Below, one piece after another: positions 61,301 through 64,000 of a stretch of 64,000 bases of DNA (positions are counted from its first letter, which is position 1; every line of letters begins with the position of its first letter). Both the position numbers and the translations under genes were made by a program. The notes under the pieces were generated by a model that was not told the origin of the DNA, searched no databases, and saw only the letters and a program-made list of their open reading frames with translations. Source of the stretch: Amoebophrya sp. A120 (taxonomy: Eukaryota; Protista; Dinoflagellata); contig CAJINV010000028.1 of NCBI GenBank assembly GCA_905178155.1, positions 261,746 through 325,745 on the forward strand, read 5' to 3'.

Positions 61301-62380
61301 GCAATGCGCCTCCGCTCCTCCTCATCGCCGTTCAGCGCGCGGCTATCAAATGCAAATATGTCTCGGTCTCTCTGGAACTTTGCTAGACTCGCCATGCAGG
61401 TTTTCCATGACCCATGAGGTCTGTAATGGAGGACCTAGCATGACAGATTCCGGGAGATCATCACTATCATGATGCCTATCCTGCACGAGAAACTGCCTCT
61501 CAACTTGATCAAAAGTGGACAGCATTTGGCAATCATGCAACACAGATTTTTGCATGATTCAGGTTTGACATGACAAGTTCCAACCTTCCGGACCCAGACA
61601 TTTTTGCAGTGCATAGCGGTCCCACAATTGCCAGGACCGCTTGGCGCAGTGCAGGAGGATGTCGGAGCCCAGCGCCAAAGGCACGCGGACGGTTCTCAAA
61701 AGCTGCCTGTCCCTTGCGAGCCCGTCCTCCTGCTCGTCCTCTCCTGCCTCCGTCGTGCCCTCCAGAAAAGTGGCCGGATCCTGTTCCATCAACATCTCCC
61801 CGGCCTCGTCGACCATGAACCGCGTGTGCGTGAGCGTCACTTTCTTGGTCTCAAGCTCCTGCAGCGTGTCCAACATGTTGCGGACCAACCAGCTCTCACG
61901 GTAGACGTTGTCGCTCGCCAAAATGGTGTTTCCCGAAGCGTGCGGCTCCTTGGCATTCGGAAGGCAAATTTGCAGTTCCGCGGGCTGCAGAGCCTCAAAC
62001 AGCCACGGCACGGGGCAGCTGTGGACATCGGAGTCGACCAGCCGGACGGGATCGTAATCCTTTGTGTGCTGCAGCAGCACTTGCTCATTGCTTCGCTGGT
62101 ACCGAAAATTGAAATTTCGGCTGGCTTTGGACGGCACCGCAGTGGATTTTTTCCGCCGGTGCTGGGGGTCTTGCCTTTCTCCAAAGATCGTCGAGTGCGC
62201 GGGCGCCTCCGGAAAAACCTCGCTCCTCTCCCGACGGTCCCGGAGCCATGCGATGTAGTCTGGAATAACATGGGCAAAGATGTCCCAGCGGTTCTGGTAG
62301 CAGCTGGCGCGGTCAGGGAGAAAAAGCAGATGGCATGTGACGATGAGAACACCTCCAGGGACGAGACGAGCACGGGACAT
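52399..62380 (-). CDS. Large protein (~2036 aa) with a hydrophobic N-terminus and a central FkbM/Methyltransf_21-like SAM methyltransferase domain; 16 element introns
   Basis: 9982 nt minus 3871 nt = 6111 nt; all 16 junctions in frame. Motifs FVINLGAG...GGVLFEGDP, LLKIDLDNRDCEYL, IAMEI and GCSLGEILRIATPYGYVL. Confidence 0.82.
52742..52994. mobile_element. TIR intronic element, family A
   Basis: Family A TIRs; TSD ACCTC. Confidence 0.95.
53034..53183. mobile_element. TIR intronic element, family D (short)
   Basis: TATCCTGTGCAAAAGTATCG...CGATGCTTTTGCAGTTCATA; TSD GGAGT. Confidence 0.93.
53865..54073. mobile_element. TIR intronic element, family G
   Basis: TATCCAAGAAAAAAACTGTGTAAGTGTAA...TTACACTTACACAGTTTTTTGCCTGGATA; TSD TGCAG. 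Confidence 0.95.
54235..54523. mobile_element. TIR intronic element, family B
   Basis: Family B TIRs; TSD CGCCA. Confidence 0.93.
55047..55354. mobile_element. TIR intronic element, family H
   Basis: TATGGAAGTGTCAGGATTGAAATCG...CGATTTCAATCCTGACACTCCCATA; TSD TCCGT/ACCGT. Confidence 0.93.
55398..55718. mobile_element. TIR intronic element, family C
   Basis: TSD CGTCC; closely similar to 11595-11915. Confidence 0.95.
55812..56100. mobile_element. TIR intronic element, family J
   Basis: TATGACAGTGCACAACTACTCCCCCTCCC...GGGGGAGGGGAGTTGTGAATTGTCATA; flanks CGCGT/GGCAT; frame restored. Confidence 0.88.
57132..57276. mobile_element. TIR intronic element, family D
   Basis: Family D TIRs; TSD CTGCA. 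Confidence 0.95.
57368..57689. mobile_element. TIR intronic element, family C
   Basis: Family C TIRs; TSD TGCCC. Confidence 0.93.
57826..58087. mobile_element. TIR intronic element, family A
   Basis: Family A TIRs; TSD TCGGA. Confidence 0.95.
58244..58392. mobile_element. TIR intronic element, family D, inverted relative to 57132
   Basis: Family D TIRs; TSD ACCCG. Confidence 0.95.
59091..59305. mobile_element. TIR intronic element, family E
   Basis: TATCGTACGAAAAAAGTGTTTCACTG...CAGTGAAACAGTTTTTTCTGGCGATA; TSD GTGCT. Confidence 0.93.
59356..59661. mobile_element. TIR intronic element, family B
   Basis: Family B TIRs; TSD CTCCA. Confidence 0.93.
60357..60512. mobile_element. TIR intronic element, family D
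   Basis: Family D TIRs; TSD CCACC. Confidence 0.93.
60878..61022. mobile_element. TIR intronic element, family D
   Basis: Family D TIRs; TSD TCTCG. Confidence 0.95.
61344..61615. mobile_element. TIR intronic element, family A
   Basis: Family A TIRs; TSD GCGGC/GCGGT. Confidence 0.92.
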
Positions 62381-63239
62381 AATGTTGGCGCCGCAACTAC
62401 GGAATCACCTACCTCATACCAGGCTTCATATTCTCTGTTTACTAGGATGCTCCACCAGCAAAACGTGAGTGAACTACCCTAGAAGGATCCAAAGCGCTAA
62501 ACTTATTCGTATGCGAGAGCTAGAATTACAATCTCGTCTAAGTACCAGATCGAGTTCTGAATTGTCTCCGGGGGATCAACAGCCAGAAGATCACTTGTGT
62601 GCAAAGTGCAAAGCACTTGAAGATCAACACTTACCAGAAGACGCAGAGTATGTATAAATATGCAAAAGCTAAAGCATGGTGATGGTACTGCTGCTGACGG
62701 TCCTCGAAGTAGAAACGTAAAGCAGAGGAAAGAGGCGGGCGCCGTCATCTTCGCGATGTTTCATAATGTTGGACGACAGGGCAAAACACTGAACAACATC
62801 CTGTGTGTCCCGAGAGCGTTTCGCTTCAGATAGATGGCGCGAAACACCTGCGCAAATCAAACGAACTCCGTTCGTCCATTACTCTGCTTCTGTCCTATGA
62901 CTTGTGGCGGGCCATGTTCAGAAACCTTTGGTTTCTGACTCAGCCATCGGCCCCGACTCAGTTTCAAAGAGTGTGGCGAACCTCTGTAACAAATAGATAC
63001 AGAGAAAACGAAAACCGCGCGTATAATTGGAAAAGTTCCGGAAGTGGCTCCGGCTGCCGATCAATTTAGTGATACGGCAGCGGATGCGTCAACGCGATGA
63101 CACTATCCGCCGCGACGCCCATCACACATGTCTAATGCCTCAGAGCTTCGGTCCGTGTGCTTTGCCAACCTGGTCCGCCGATACCGCGCCCCTCTGTTTT
63201 ACTGTTAGGAAAGCCGTCGCAAGAACTGCGAACGCTTCC

Positions 63240-64000
63240 AATTTTGCCAACCTGGTCCGCCGGGTTTAGAGGAAGCGGGGAGCCCAACCGGAAAACGGCC
63301 GCCGCCTCCGATCGGCCCCGGGCCTGTTTTGCCTGTAAAAAGGGGCCGCCCTGACATCCCCGGAGCCTTTCAGGTTTTCGCGGTGGCTTTGGAGCCTGCC
63401 TAGGTCCCCGGAACTTTTCCACTTTTGCCAACCTGGTCCGCCGAGTTGGGAGGAAGTGGGGAGCCCACCCAGAAAACGGCCGCCGCCTCCGATCGGCGCA
63501 GAGCCTGTTTTACCTGTAAAGCGGGGCCGTCTTGCCATCCCCGGAACTTTTCAGGTTTTCGTGGTGGGTTTAGGGCCTGCCTAGATCCCCGGAGCCTTTC
63601 CACTTTTGCCAACCTGGTCCGCCGAGTTGGGAGGACATGGGGAGCCCACGCAGAAAACGGCCGCCGCCTCCGATCGGTGCAGAGCCTGCTCTACCAGTAA
63701 AAAGGGGCCGCCTTGCCATCCCCGGAACTTTTCAGGTTTTCGGGGTGGATTTAGAGCCTGCCCAGATCCCCGGAACTTTTCCACTTTTGCCAACCTGGTC
63801 CGCCGAGCTGGGTGGAAGTGGGGAGCCCACCCAGAAAGCGGCCGCCTCCCCCGATCGACTCCGAGCCTTTTTCTAACTGTAAAAAGGGGCCGCCTTGCCA
63901 TCCCCGGAACTTTTCAGGTTTTCGTGGTGGGTTTAGAGCCTGCCTGGATCCCCGGAACTTTTCCACTTTTGCCAACCTGGTCCGCCGAGTTGGGAGGAAG
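63240..64000. repeat. 181-bp GC-rich tandem satellite, more than 4 copies, running off the end of the window
   Basis: GCCAACCTGGTCCGCCG at 63246, 63427, 63608, 63789 and 63971. Confidence 0.97.

Noticed and set aside
6548-61615. Ciliate-type TA-bounded IES or Tc1/mariner TA duplication
   Set aside because: TA belongs to the TIR; the duplication is a variable 5-mer outside it, and empty sites show no residual TA. DNA-level excision in general is not excluded.

Overview
This is eukaryotic protist genomic DNA of roughly 50% GC, and every gene I could reconstruct lies on the minus strand. The dominant feature is 52 short (145-344 bp) non-coding elements in about 9 sequence families, plus a few decayed ones. 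Each has terminal inverted repeats (TIRs) with ends TAT...ATA (usually TAT-N7-AAA) and a 5-bp target-site duplication (TSD); 34 of 52 TSDs are perfect. The elements sit inside coding exons, in either orientation, and lack GT-AG ends. Removing an element plus 5 nt restores the reading frame at every junction I translated by hand. This rebuilds a complete Ser/Thr kinase (6 insertions), a ~2036-aa FkbM-type methyltransferase-domain protein (16 insertions), an O-fucosyltransferase-like protein and a tandem family of Lys/Ser-rich proteins. They behave as transposon-derived non-canonical introns ('IR introners'). This matches what is described for the syndinian dinoflagellate parasite Amoebophrya; the taxon is my inference, and removal at RNA versus DNA level cannot be shown from this sequence. 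Canonical GT-AG introns coexist, and one appears to be a converted element. Also present: a tandem-PC4 gene, a 120-bp hairpin array, a 39-bp palindromic minisatellite, a 181-bp satellite and a ~1-kb duplication. No transposase, rRNA, tRNA or CRISPR was found.
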